Below are positions 7,925 to 17,184 of a stretch of DNA of 64,000 nt, piece after piece (within the stretch, counting starts at the first letter, position 1; every line of letters starts with the position of its first letter). Made by a program: the position numbers and the translations under genes. Source of the DNA: Fidelibacterota bacterium (GTDB taxonomy: Bacteria; Fidelibacterota; UBA8477; JABMPR01); assembly GCA_018650795.1 (NCBI GenBank), contig JABIFG010000272.1, forward strand, positions 10,512 through 74,511, read 5' to 3'. Below the pieces are notes generated by a model. The model was not told the DNA's origin. It did no database searches and saw only the letters and a list, made by a program, of their open reading frames with translations.

Positions 7925-10540
7925 ATGACATCGCAAGAAATTCGTAATCAGTTTATACAGTTCTTTAAAGACAAAAATCATAAATTCGTACGTAGTGCAG
8001 GTGTGGTCCCTTTCGATGATCCCACCTTGTTGTTTACAAACGCTGGAATGAATCAGTTTAAGGGCATCTTTCTGGAAACAGAAAATGCAGATCATCCCAG
8101 GGCTGTAAATTCTCAGAAATGCATCCGGGTGAGTGGTAAACACAATGACCTGGAAGAAGTCGGCCGAGATACCTACCACCATACCTTTTTTGAAATGCTC
8201 GGGAATTGGAGTTTTGGCGATTATTACAAAACAGAAGCCATTCTATGGGCTTGGGAATTATTTACTGAAGTATGGAAAATCCCTAAAGACAAGCTTTATG
8301 CTACGGTTTATACAGATGATGATGAAGCTTTTGAGTTATGGGAAACCCTCACTGATATTCCTCGCGATCATATTTTACGTTTTGGCAACAAGGACAATTT
8401 TTGGGAAATGGGTGAAACCGGTCCCTGTGGTCCCTGTTCCGAAATTCATGTCGATATTGGTGGTGATCCTTCCATTCATGGTTCCCATCCTGAGCTAGGT
8501 GTGAATACAGATAACCCTCGATTCATGGAATTATGGAATCTGGTGTTTATTCAATACTTTCGCGATCAGAAGGGCGAATTAACTGAACTTCCGAAGAAAC
8601 ATGTTGATACGGGGGCTGGTCTTGAGCGTGTTGTTGCCTACCTACAGGGCAAAGACAGCAATTACGATACAGATTTGTTCACTCCCATCCTGGATGAAAT
8701 ATCAACCCTATCAGCAGTTGGCTATAAAAGTGATGAGCTAGGGATGGCACATCGTGTCATTGCCGACCATGTTCGCATGTTAACATTTTCCATCTCTGAC
8801 GGCGCTCTACCATCCAATGATGGTCGAGGGTATGTCTTGCGTCGCATATTGCGTAGAGCAGCCCGTTATGGACGTAATTTGGGTATGCAAGAAGCCTTCA
8901 TCTATAAGCTTGTACCTATTGTAGTGACCGTTATGGGTGATGCCTATCCCGAACTCAGGGAAAGGGTCGCCTATATACAGAAAGTCATTAAATCAGAAGA
9001 AGATTCCTTCAGCCAGACCCTGGGCAGGGGATTACAGAAATTTACTGGCATGGTGAAGGATGCTAAAGCCATTGGCGAGACAACACTTTCAGGCGAGAGT
9101 GTTTTTAAACTTTATGATACTTTTGGCTTCCCTGTTGATCTTACTAGTCTCATGGCTGAAGAGCAGGGGTTTGGTGTTGATCTGGATGCGTTCGAAACAT
9201 TGATGAATTCTCAACGTGAAAAAGCACGCCAGGCTACCCAGTTCAAGCAAACCAATACCCAGGGTAGTGAGTGGGAAAAAGTTGAATCTGGTACCCATTC
9301 AGAATTTTTAGGATATACCCATCCACAACTGGATACCACCATCACGCAGGTGATGAAGTCGGATAAGGAATTCTTTATTATCCTGACTCAAACACCCTTT
9401 TATGCAGAAAGTGGTGGACAGGTAGGTGATACGGGGCGTATCTATAACGCGAATATGGAGCTGGAAGTCCTCGATACACGCAATGAAGGCGACTCCATTA
9501 TCCACGAAACCAAGTTGATTTCTGGTGAATTCAATACTGAACCCGTTATTGCAGTTATTGATAACTCCCGACGGGGAAATATTATTCGTAATCATTCCGC
9601 CACTCATCTATTGAATGCAGCTCTCCGAAAAATTCTTGGTGATCATGTCAAACAGGCTGGTTCTCTGGTGGATGATAATCATTTACGCTTTGATTTTAAC
9701 CATTTTGAAAAGATGACTCCTGAAGAGCTCAACCAGGCAGAACGCCTGGTGAATGCGGAAATCAGAAAGAATACCTCTACCAGTATCCGTAATATGAGTT
9801 TTGATGATGCTAAAAATGAAGGCGCATTGGCTTTCTTTGGCGAGAAATATGGTGATGATGTCCGCACAGTCAAGTTTGGTGAATACAGCCATGAGCTGTG
9901 TGGTGGCGTCCATGTATTGGCTACAGGGGATATAGGATATTTCCGTATTGAATCAGAAGCAGCCATCGCAGCCGGAGTTCGCAGAATTGAGGCGGTAACT
10001 GGAGCTGTCGCTGAGGAAAATGCCCGGGTAGAACGATCTACCATCAATCATTTACGTCATTTACTTACTTCAGATGTTGAAGACCTTGGCACGAAGACGC
10101 AACATTTGCTGGATGAGAAGAAAGCTTTGGAAAAACAGGTGAAAACCCTGTCATTTGATCAAGCGGCCTCTGTCCTGACCGATATACTTGAAAACACCCA
10201 GCTCATTGGGGGCGTAAAAGTATTAAGTGAAGTGGTAGAAGTATCTGACACAGAGGCACTTAAGGATCTTGGATCAGAACTTGTAAGACAAATGAAAAGT
10301 GGTCTGGGGGTCCTGGGAACCGTTATAGACGGATCACCTTATGTGGTCTGTGTGGTTTCTGATGATGTGATTGCTCAACATAAATTGAAGGCCGGTGAAA
10401 TTGTCCGTATACTTGGCCAGCAGCTGGGTGGTGGCGGTGGTGGAAAACCACAAATGGCTACCGCAGGTGGTAAAGATGCAACAGCATTAGCCACTGTAAT
10501 TGAAGGAGTATTTGATTTGATAGGAGAGCGCCTGGGATGA
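7925..10540 (+). CDS. alaS: Alanine--tRNA ligase
   Basis: LFTNAGMNQFK, HHTFFEMLGN, TPFYAESGGQ, editing HSATH/ELCGG, C-terminal GGGGG. Confidence 0.98.
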   Translation: MTSQEIRNQFIQFFKDKNHKFVRSAGVVPFDDPTLLFTNAGMNQFKGIFLETENADHPRAVNSQKCIRVSGKHNDLEEVGRDTYHHTFFEMLGNWSFGDYYKTEAILWAWELFTEVWKIPKDKLYATVYTDDDEAFELWETLTDIPRDHILRFGNKDNFWEMGETGPCGPCSEIHVDIGGDPSIHGSHPELGVNTDNPRFMELWNLVFIQYFRDQKGELTELPKKHVDTGAGLERVVAYLQGKDSNYDTDLFTPILDEISTLSAVGYKSDELGMAHRVIADHVRMLTFSISDGALPSNDGRGYVLRRILRRAARYGRNLGMQEAFIYKLVPIVVTVMGDAYPELRERVAYIQKVIKSEEDSFSQTLGRGLQKFTGMVKDAKAIGETTLSGESVFKLYDTFGFPVDLTSLMAEEQGFGVDLDAFETLMNSQREKARQATQFKQTNTQGSEWEKVESGTHSEFLGYTHPQLDTTITQVMKSDKEFFIILTQTPFYAESGGQVGDTGRIYNANMELEVLDTRNEGDSIIHETKLISGEFNTEPVIAVIDNSRRGNIIRNHSATHLLNAALRKILGDHVKQAGSLVDDNHLRFDFNHFEKMTPEELNQAERLVNAEIRKNTSTSIRNMSFDDAKNEGALAFFGEKYGDDVRTVKFGEYSHELCGGVHVLATGDIGYFRIESEAAIAAGVRRIEAVTGAVAEENARVERSTINHLRHLLTSDVEDLGTKTQHLLDEKKALEKQVKTLSFDQAASVLTDILENTQLIGGVKVLSEVVEVSDTEALKDLGSELVRQMKSGLGVLGTVIDGSPYVVCVVSDDVIAQHKLKAGEIVRILGQQLGGGGGGKPQMATAGGKDATALATVIEGVFDLIGERLG

Positions 10541-11973
10541 AAAAAACTCAATTAATCATTGAAAAATCCACTGCGGGACATATTGCAACATCAATCCCGG
10601 CCCTGGATGTCCCAGAGAAAGCAATAAGTGACCTGATTCCTGAGAATTATCTTAGATCAGAAGCTCCACGACTTCCAGAAATCTCCGAACCTGAACTGGT
10701 TCGTCATTACATTGGCCTATCAACCAAGAATCATCACGTTGATAAGGATTTCTATCCCTTAGGGTCTTGCACGATGAAATACAATCCCAAGATTAATGAT
10801 TGGACCGCCTCTGCCCTGGCAGAAGTCCATCCTTATCAGCCCGAAGCGTTGAGCCAGGGGATACTTGGTGTGTACTATGAATTGGAACAACAACTTTGTG
10901 CCATCACTGGTATGACTGCTTTCACACTCCAGCCGGCTGCTGGATCCCAGGGTGAACTAGTCGGTGTACTGCTTATGCGTAAATATCACGAACTGCGTGG
11001 AAATGATAAAGATATCATCCTCATTCCTGATGCTGCCCATGGTACCAATCCAGCCTCAGTGGCCATGGCTGGGTATAAAGTGGTTGAGGTCAAGAGCAAT
11101 TCTAAAGGTCTGGTCGATCTGGAAGATTTTGAGTCCAAAATTAATGATCGTGTTGCCGGTTTTATGCTCACCAATCCCAATACCCTGGGGCTTTTCGAAG
11201 AAAATATCAGCAAGATTTCTGAACTGATCCATGGTGTCGATGGAATTATGTATATGGACGGGGCCAATATGAACGCCCTCCTCGGTATCACACGACCAGC
11301 TGACCTGGGATTCGATATTACTCATCTGAATCTCCATAAAACATTTTCGACCCCACACGGTGGTGGAGGTCCAGGTGCCGGTCCAATTGGTGTGACAGAT
11401 AAACTGGCTGCATACCTGCCCAAACCTCGCGTACAACTAAATGGAAATAAATATCATTTAAAATATGACTATGAACACAGTATCGGGCGTGTCCATGGCT
11501 TTTATGGTAACTATGGCATTTTAGTGCGAGCCTGGACCTATATTAGAATGTTGGGTCCCGAGGGTCTCAGAAATATTTCTGAGATTGCTATTTCAAATGC
11601 CAATTACATGATGCATAAGCTCAAAGATGTGTTTGAGTTGGCCTACGATAATACCTGTATGCATGAATTTGTGCTCTCCGCTCAAGCCCAGAAAGAAAAG
11701 GGAACCAACGCACTCCAAATTGCCAAACGTCTCCTTGATTTTGGATTCCATTCACCCACCATGTATTTTCCGCTGATTGTTAAAGAAGCGCTAATGATTG
11801 AACCTACCGAGAGTGAGAATAAGGAAACCATGGATCGTTTTATATCAGTCATGAAACAAATTGCTGAGGAATTGGAAACCAACCCTGAATTGGTGCAAAC
11901 CGCTCCACACTCCACACCTGTTGGTAAGGTTGATGAGACCTATGCCAATCGAAATTTGAACGTTCACTGGTAA
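10537..11973 (+). CDS. gcvPB: Glycine dehydrogenase (decarboxylating) subunit 2
   Basis: YPLGSCTMKYNP, AHGTNPAS, HLNLHKTFSTPHGGGGPG. Confidence 0.95.
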   Translation: MKKTQLIIEKSTAGHIATSIPALDVPEKAISDLIPENYLRSEAPRLPEISEPELVRHYIGLSTKNHHVDKDFYPLGSCTMKYNPKINDWTASALAEVHPYQPEALSQGILGVYYELEQQLCAITGMTAFTLQPAAGSQGELVGVLLMRKYHELRGNDKDIILIPDAAHGTNPASVAMAGYKVVEVKSNSKGLVDLEDFESKINDRVAGFMLTNPNTLGLFEENISKISELIHGVDGIMYMDGANMNALLGITRPADLGFDITHLNLHKTFSTPHGGGGPGAGPIGVTDKLAAYLPKPRVQLNGNKYHLKYDYEHSIGRVHGFYGNYGILVRAWTYIRMLGPEGLRNISEIAISNANYMMHKLKDVFELAYDNTCMHEFVLSAQAQKEKGTNALQIAKRLLDFGFHSPTMYFPLIVKEALMIEPTESENKETMDRFISVMKQIAEELETNPELVQTAPHSTPVGKVDETYANRNLNVHW

Positions 11974-11974
11974 A

Positions 11975-13222
11975 ATGGCCTTCAACTATATAAACCAGCG
12001 ACTCCATTGTGATGGGGTTGATCTGCAGGATGTAGCTGAGAAGTATGGGACCCCTGCGTATATCTATTCAGAGCAGATTCTCAGGCACAATGCCGAGGTA
12101 TTGAAAAAAACTTTCATAGATCGTGGGTTTAAGGTTTCATACGCCATGAAGGCCAATTCAAATCCAACTATTTTGAATCTGTTCAGAAACTATGGTTTAG
12201 GGTTGGACATAGTATCTGAAGGTGAATTCAAGATGGCTAAATATTGTGGATTTGAAGGCTCTGAGATAAATTTTGCAGGTGTAGGGAAGACCGTCGAAGA
12301 ATTGGATTTGGCACTGGCCTTTGATATTGACCATTTTAATGTGGAAAGTCGTTTTGAATTGGAATTATTGGAAAAACGTGCCGGAATCGCTGGGAAAAAA
12401 GCAGTCGTTTTGCTTCGTCTTAATCCTGATATTGATCCCCTTACACATCCGCATATCTCGACTGGATTAAAGCAGAATAAATTTGGAATGAGTCCTGAAA
12501 AAGTACGTTATTTCCTTACTCACCCTGAATCCTTTCCACACATCCAGTTTGATGGAATTCATTGTCATATCGGCTCACAAATTCTTCAACCCCAACCCTT
12601 CTATGATCTTATAGACTATCTGCAAAAATTTACCAAATCGCTGCGAGGCGAAGGAGTTAAATTCAACAATCTTGATCTGGGCGGTGGTTTTGGTGTGAAT
12701 TATGAGGATCCTTTGGAAGACATATCAACAACCACGCCCTTTCTTGAATCTATTGCTGAGAGGGCAATAGAGAAATTAGGGGACTATCAGCTTCATATTC
12801 AACCAGGCCGTGTCCTGGTAGCCAATTCTGGTGTTTTGTTGGCCCGTGTCCTGGGTAATAAGGAGAATGGTGGCCATCGTTTTATCATCATTGATGGGGC
12901 CACTACAGATCTGATCCGTCCCGCCATGTATGATGCCTACCATGCGATCTATTCACATATCGAAGATCACACAACGAAGATCTACGATGTTGTGGGCCCA
13001 GTCTGCGAGAGCTCTGATGCATTAGCCAGAAATAGAAATATACCGGAATTTGATACAGGTGATCTTATGCTAATTGGCTCGGCTGGTGCATACGCCAGTT
13101 CCATGGGATCCACTTACAATATGCGACCGCTTTCACCTGAAATAATGGTTGACGGTTCTGGAGAAACCCGGTTGATTCGTAAACGTCAGTCCTTTGATGA
13201 AATGATTTCGCTCTATACCTAA
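11975..13222 (+). CDS. lysA: Diaminopimelate decarboxylase
   Basis: YAMKAN PLP lysine, KFG, HCHIGSQ, DLGGG, GPVCESSD, GAY. Confidence 0.92.
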   Translation: MAFNYINQRLHCDGVDLQDVAEKYGTPAYIYSEQILRHNAEVLKKTFIDRGFKVSYAMKANSNPTILNLFRNYGLGLDIVSEGEFKMAKYCGFEGSEINFAGVGKTVEELDLALAFDIDHFNVESRFELELLEKRAGIAGKKAVVLLRLNPDIDPLTHPHISTGLKQNKFGMSPEKVRYFLTHPESFPHIQFDGIHCHIGSQILQPQPFYDLIDYLQKFTKSLRGEGVKFNNLDLGGGFGVNYEDPLEDISTTTPFLESIAERAIEKLGDYQLHIQPGRVLVANSGVLLARVLGNKENGGHRFIIIDGATTDLIRPAMYDAYHAIYSHIEDHTTKIYDVVGPVCESSDALARNRNIPEFDTGDLMLIGSAGAYASSMGSTYNMRPLSPEIMVDGSGETRLIRKRQSFDEMISLYT

Positions 13223-13380
13223 ATATTAACATGCGACTATACTTTGCCTGCGCTGCTCAGGGAGAAGTTGACAATGACTATAGCAGATGCTTACTTATAT
13301 CCCGATCTAATTGGAATATATGCATGCTTGATCACAATCATGTAACTGGCTGACTGACAACAATATAATAGGATACCAAC

Positions 13381-13761
13381 ATGAAAAATATTATTCGTAC
13401 AGATGCTGCACCCGCAGCAATTGGACCCTACAACCAAGCTGTTGAAATAAATGGGATGATCTATACAGCTGGACAGATTCCCCTTGATCCAAAAACGGGA
13501 AAATTAGTTGAGAAATCATTCGCAGATCGTGTTTACCAGGTCATGCAAAATTTAAAAGCGATTTTAGAAGCTGGTGGCAGTGATTTTTCTAAAGTTATCA
13601 AAACGAACATCTATGTCACTGATCTAGGGGAGTATGCTGAATTGAATAGAATTTACGGGGAATTCTTTCCAGGTGATTATGCACCGGCTCGTGCCGCTGT
13701 TGAAGTTTCAGGATTACCTCTGGGTACTGATGTGGAAATAGAGATGGTTGCTTATAAATAG
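13381..13761 (+). CDS. ridA: RidA/YjgF family reactive intermediate deaminase
   Basis: APAAIGPYNQA, GQIP, PARAAV, LPLG..VEIE. Confidence 0.9.
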   Translation: MKNIIRTDAAPAAIGPYNQAVEINGMIYTAGQIPLDPKTGKLVEKSFADRVYQVMQNLKAILEAGGSDFSKVIKTNIYVTDLGEYAELNRIYGEFFPGDYAPARAAVEVSGLPLGTDVEIEMVAYK

Positions 13762-13778
13762 AGGTAATGAGATAGCTC

Positions 13779-14216
13779 TTGAAATATACTGTTTTATTGA
13801 TGCTCGTTGTTGGAATGCTGAGTGGCCAAACCAAACTCGAGGCTAATGTAGATTCTTCGAGTGTTAAGAATCCCGGTAAAGCGCTTTTGTTCTCAGTAGT
13901 ACCTGGTGGTGGTCAACTGTATAATAAACACCCACTGAAAGCCATTTTGTTTGCTGGCGCTTTCGCTTACTATGGCTATGGGTATACTGTAGCACAACAG
14001 GATTACCAGGCTGATGTCTCCAGCGCATCCCTTCATAGAGTGAGAAATGATAAGGTTTGGATGATGGCTCTCGTCTGGACCCTGAATATTCTAGATGCTT
14101 ATGTAGATGCCCAACTTTGGGATTTTGAAAAATATGAAATCGAAACAGTGCAAGACACCACCGAAGATGATATGATTAAACCAAAAGAGACAGGACCTAT
14201 AGATGACACAAAATAG
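13779..14216 (+). CDS. DUF5683-like exported/membrane protein
   Basis: KALLFSVVPGGGQLYN and LNILDAYVDAQL patterns, N-terminal signal. Confidence 0.7.
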   Translation: MKYTVLLMLVVGMLSGQTKLEANVDSSSVKNPGKALLFSVVPGGGQLYNKHPLKAILFAGAFAYYGYGYTVAQQDYQADVSSASLHRVRNDKVWMMALVWTLNILDAYVDAQLWDFEKYEIETVQDTTEDDMIKPKETGPIDDTK

Positions 14217-15564
14217 AGAGAAGTGGGGATCAAAATTTGGATTTATTCTGGCAGCTGCAGGCTCTGCAGTTGGGCTGGGTAATATCTGGAAGTTTCCATA
14301 CATCGCTGGAGAAAATGGTGGTGCTGCTTTCATATTTGTATACCTGATCTGTATTGGCATTATCGGTTTTCCCGTGCTTATTGCTGAAGTCCTTATAGGC
14401 CGCACCACACAGCGAAATCCAGTTGGTGCATTTGCAGCGCTGACACCCTCTAAAATGTGGCTATCAGTGGGATTCCTGGGTGTACTCGCTGGTTTTATGA
14501 TTTTATCATTCTATAGTGTCATCGGCGGCTGGACTATTGGTTATGTGATAGAAACCCTGCGAGGTTCACTTTCCAATTTTCATTCCCCAGAGGAGGCTGG
14601 AGTGTTGTTTGGAGTCCTTTCAGGCAGTGCAACATGGACCTTGGGGTATCACACCATTTTCTTTGCCATGACCATGTTTATTGTGGTCAGGGGTGTCCAG
14701 GGTGGTATCGAGAAATCCAGCAAGATTATGATGCCTATTCTCCTGAGTATTTTGGTTATTCTGATGATTCGTGGCATGACCTTGCCCGGTGCAGACAAAG
14801 GGTTGGCTTTTCTTCTCGTTCCAGATTGGGCGAAAATTAATGGACAATCCATTTTAATCGCTCTGGGACATGCATTTTTTACCCTGAGTCTTGGAATGGG
14901 AGCTATGATGACCTATGGTAGCTATATGTCCAAAAAGGACAGCGTCATCACAGCATCTGCCCAGATTGTTTTTCTTGATACACTGATAGCCATAATGGCT
15001 GGTGTTGCCATATTCACAGCTGTATTTGCTTCAGGTCTGGATCCAGCTGCGGGTCCAGGACTAATTTTTCAAACTCTACCAGCAGTTTTTGCCGGTATGA
15101 CAGGTGGCGTTTACTTCTCCTTTCTCTTTTTCTTATTGCTGGCCATTGCAGCGCTTACATCCGCCATATCACTTTTGGAAGTGGTAGTGGCCTATTTTGT
15201 AGATGAAAAGGGCTGGAATCGCAAAGGGGCAGTAATGATTTTCGGTGGATCGATTTATCTTTTAGGGATTCCTTCAGCTCTGTCATTTAACCTTATGTCA
15301 GATGTTACGCTGTTTGGGAAAACATTTTTTGATATTGTCGACTTTATTGCCTCCAACGTGTTGCTACCATTCGGTGGTTTGATGATAGCTATTTTTGCCG
15401 GTTGGGTTTGGTCAAGGACTTCTGTCATGACCGCAGTGAAAGAGGGCGCAGAAGACTTGTTCGAAGCTTATCCCTGGTTCGAAGGCGTGTGGTTCCTATT
15501 CCTGCGATTTGTTGCTCCAGTGCTTATCACACTGGTATTGTTAAATAGTTTGGGGATAATGTAG
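14203..15564 (+). CDS. Sodium-dependent transporter, NSS/SNF family
   Basis: REKWGSKFGFILAAAGSAVGLGNIWKFPY, FFTLSLG, GPGLIF. Confidence 0.93.
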   Translation: MTQNREKWGSKFGFILAAAGSAVGLGNIWKFPYIAGENGGAAFIFVYLICIGIIGFPVLIAEVLIGRTTQRNPVGAFAALTPSKMWLSVGFLGVLAGFMILSFYSVIGGWTIGYVIETLRGSLSNFHSPEEAGVLFGVLSGSATWTLGYHTIFFAMTMFIVVRGVQGGIEKSSKIMMPILLSILVILMIRGMTLPGADKGLAFLLVPDWAKINGQSILIALGHAFFTLSLGMGAMMTYGSYMSKKDSVITASAQIVFLDTLIAIMAGVAIFTAVFASGLDPAAGPGLIFQTLPAVFAGMTGGVYFSFLFFLLLAIAALTSAISLLEVVVAYFVDEKGWNRKGAVMIFGGSIYLLGIPSALSFNLMSDVTLFGKTFFDIVDFIASNVLLPFGGLMIAIFAGWVWSRTSVMTAVKEGAEDLFEAYPWFEGVWFLFLRFVAPVLITLVLLNSLGIM

Positions 15565-15752
15565 ACTAAGCCAAATGAAATAATCCAGATGCGTGAGGAG
15601 AAACCGAATCGCCCATCTCCGGATAATCCAGTGCATTTAATCATTTAGAATGCACCTTTGATTCCTATTTTAACAGGTTAATTCTTTATCGATCATATCG
15701 CTTGGGCAGGGATGTCATCCGAAATGATTGAGTATATGTAAAAGGGTTTATT

Positions 15753-15947
15753 ATGATCCTCGTAAAAGACAATCGTTGTGACTTTTGTGGCACCTGTGTG
15801 GCAGTCTGTCCTGTAGATGCTATTGAGTTACGCGAAGCTGATATATCAATAATTCATGATACATGCATCGACTGTGATATATGTATCTGGGTCTGCCCAA
15901 TAGATGTGCTTTCTTCCGATGTAAAAGAGGAGGTTGAGCATGACTGA
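15753..15947 (+). CDS. 2x[4Fe-4S] ferredoxin
   Basis: Two CxxCxxCxxxCP motifs in 64 aa. Confidence 0.9.
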   Translation: MILVKDNRCDFCGTCVAVCPVDAIELREADISIIHDTCIDCDICIWVCPIDVLSSDVKEEVEHD

Positions 15948-17112
15948 TTATGATGTCATTGTTGTTGGTGGCGGTCCTGCCGGTTCCATGGCAGCTGAGG
16001 CAGCAGCAAAGCAAGGTGCTAGGACCATTATGCTCGAAAAAGATAGAGACATTGGCTACCCAGTACGATGTGGTGAGGGCGTTGGAGCCTTCGGTCTGAA
16101 AAAATTCATCGAACCTGATCCAGCCTGGATAGCAACAACCATCTCCAAAGTGCGGATGCGCTCACCTGATAATACTCTAATCGATTTTGGAATGGATGAT
16201 GCCGGCTTTATTCTTCATCGCCGTCTATTTGACTATGCTTTGGCAAATCAGGCCAGTCAAGCCGGTGTGGAGATACAGACTCGTGCCTATGTAGATGGAC
16301 TTATCATTGAGGATGATTGTGTTCGAGGTGTTAAGTATCAATACATGGGGGAACACAAGCAGCTTACTGCAAAATTAGTGATTGCAGCAGATGGTGTTGA
16401 ATCCAGAGTGGGCCGAATGGCTGGCTTACGCACAGCTACCAAGCTGAAGGATATGGACTCCGGCTATCAGGCTACTGTGGGTAATATTGATGTTGACCAG
16501 GAGATGATCGACTTTTATGTCGGTTCCAATTGGGCACCAGGTGGATATCTCTGGATATTTCCCAAGGGTAATGGCATGGCCAATATCGGCTTGGGGATCA
16601 ATGGAATCTATGCAAAAGAGCATAGTGCTCACGACATGCTGCATGGCTTCCTGGATAAGTATTTTCCGAAGGCGAGTGTCTTGACAAGTGTCTGTGGAGG
16701 CATTCCTATTGCAAAGACGTTGAAAAAAATCACCTCAAATGGTCTCATGTTAACAGGTGATGCAGCTCGTATGGTCAATCCCGTTACGGGTGGGGGCATC
16801 ATTACAGGAATGGTGGGTGGTCAGATAGCTGGGGATGTGGCTGGTCTAGCCATTCAATCTGGTGATTACTCTGAGAAAGCTTTTGATGGTTATCCCAAAC
16901 GCTGGCACAAAGCAGAAGGAAAGACACACGAAGCATTTTACAGAATAGGTGAGGGTATAGCCCAAATAACTGATGATCAGTTGAACAAAATTGCCCACAG
17001 GCTCGTCAAAACGCCTTCAGAAAATTTATCGCTCTTAAAAATATTTACCGCAGTCGCGCGCGAAAAGCCTAAAATACTGCTTGATGTAACACGAGCATTT
17101 GCAGGTATATAG
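15940..17112 (+). CDS. Geranylgeranyl reductase family flavoprotein (archaeal DGGGPL-reductase-like)
   Basis: VVGGGPAG, CGEG, RRLFD, PGGYLWIFP (PxxYxWxFP), GDAA..VNPVTGGGI. ATG 15940 follows GAGGAGG and overlaps the ferredoxin. Confidence 0.85.
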   Translation: MTDYDVIVVGGGPAGSMAAEAAAKQGARTIMLEKDRDIGYPVRCGEGVGAFGLKKFIEPDPAWIATTISKVRMRSPDNTLIDFGMDDAGFILHRRLFDYALANQASQAGVEIQTRAYVDGLIIEDDCVRGVKYQYMGEHKQLTAKLVIAADGVESRVGRMAGLRTATKLKDMDSGYQATVGNIDVDQEMIDFYVGSNWAPGGYLWIFPKGNGMANIGLGINGIYAKEHSAHDMLHGFLDKYFPKASVLTSVCGGIPIAKTLKKITSNGLMLTGDAARMVNPVTGGGIITGMVGGQIAGDVAGLAIQSGDYSEKAFDGYPKRWHKAEGKTHEAFYRIGEGIAQITDDQLNKIAHRLVKTPSENLSLLKIFTAVAREKPKILLDVTRAFAGI

Positions 17113-17184
17113 TTACTCCGCGGTATAGAAAGATCAGGACAAATTGAAAATATCTATAACCATGAATATTGCTGAGATATCGGC

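Noticed and set aside
17116..17126. CTCCGCGGTAT as another 9-mer end copy
   Set aside because: Only one unit matches, which is too short to be significant.
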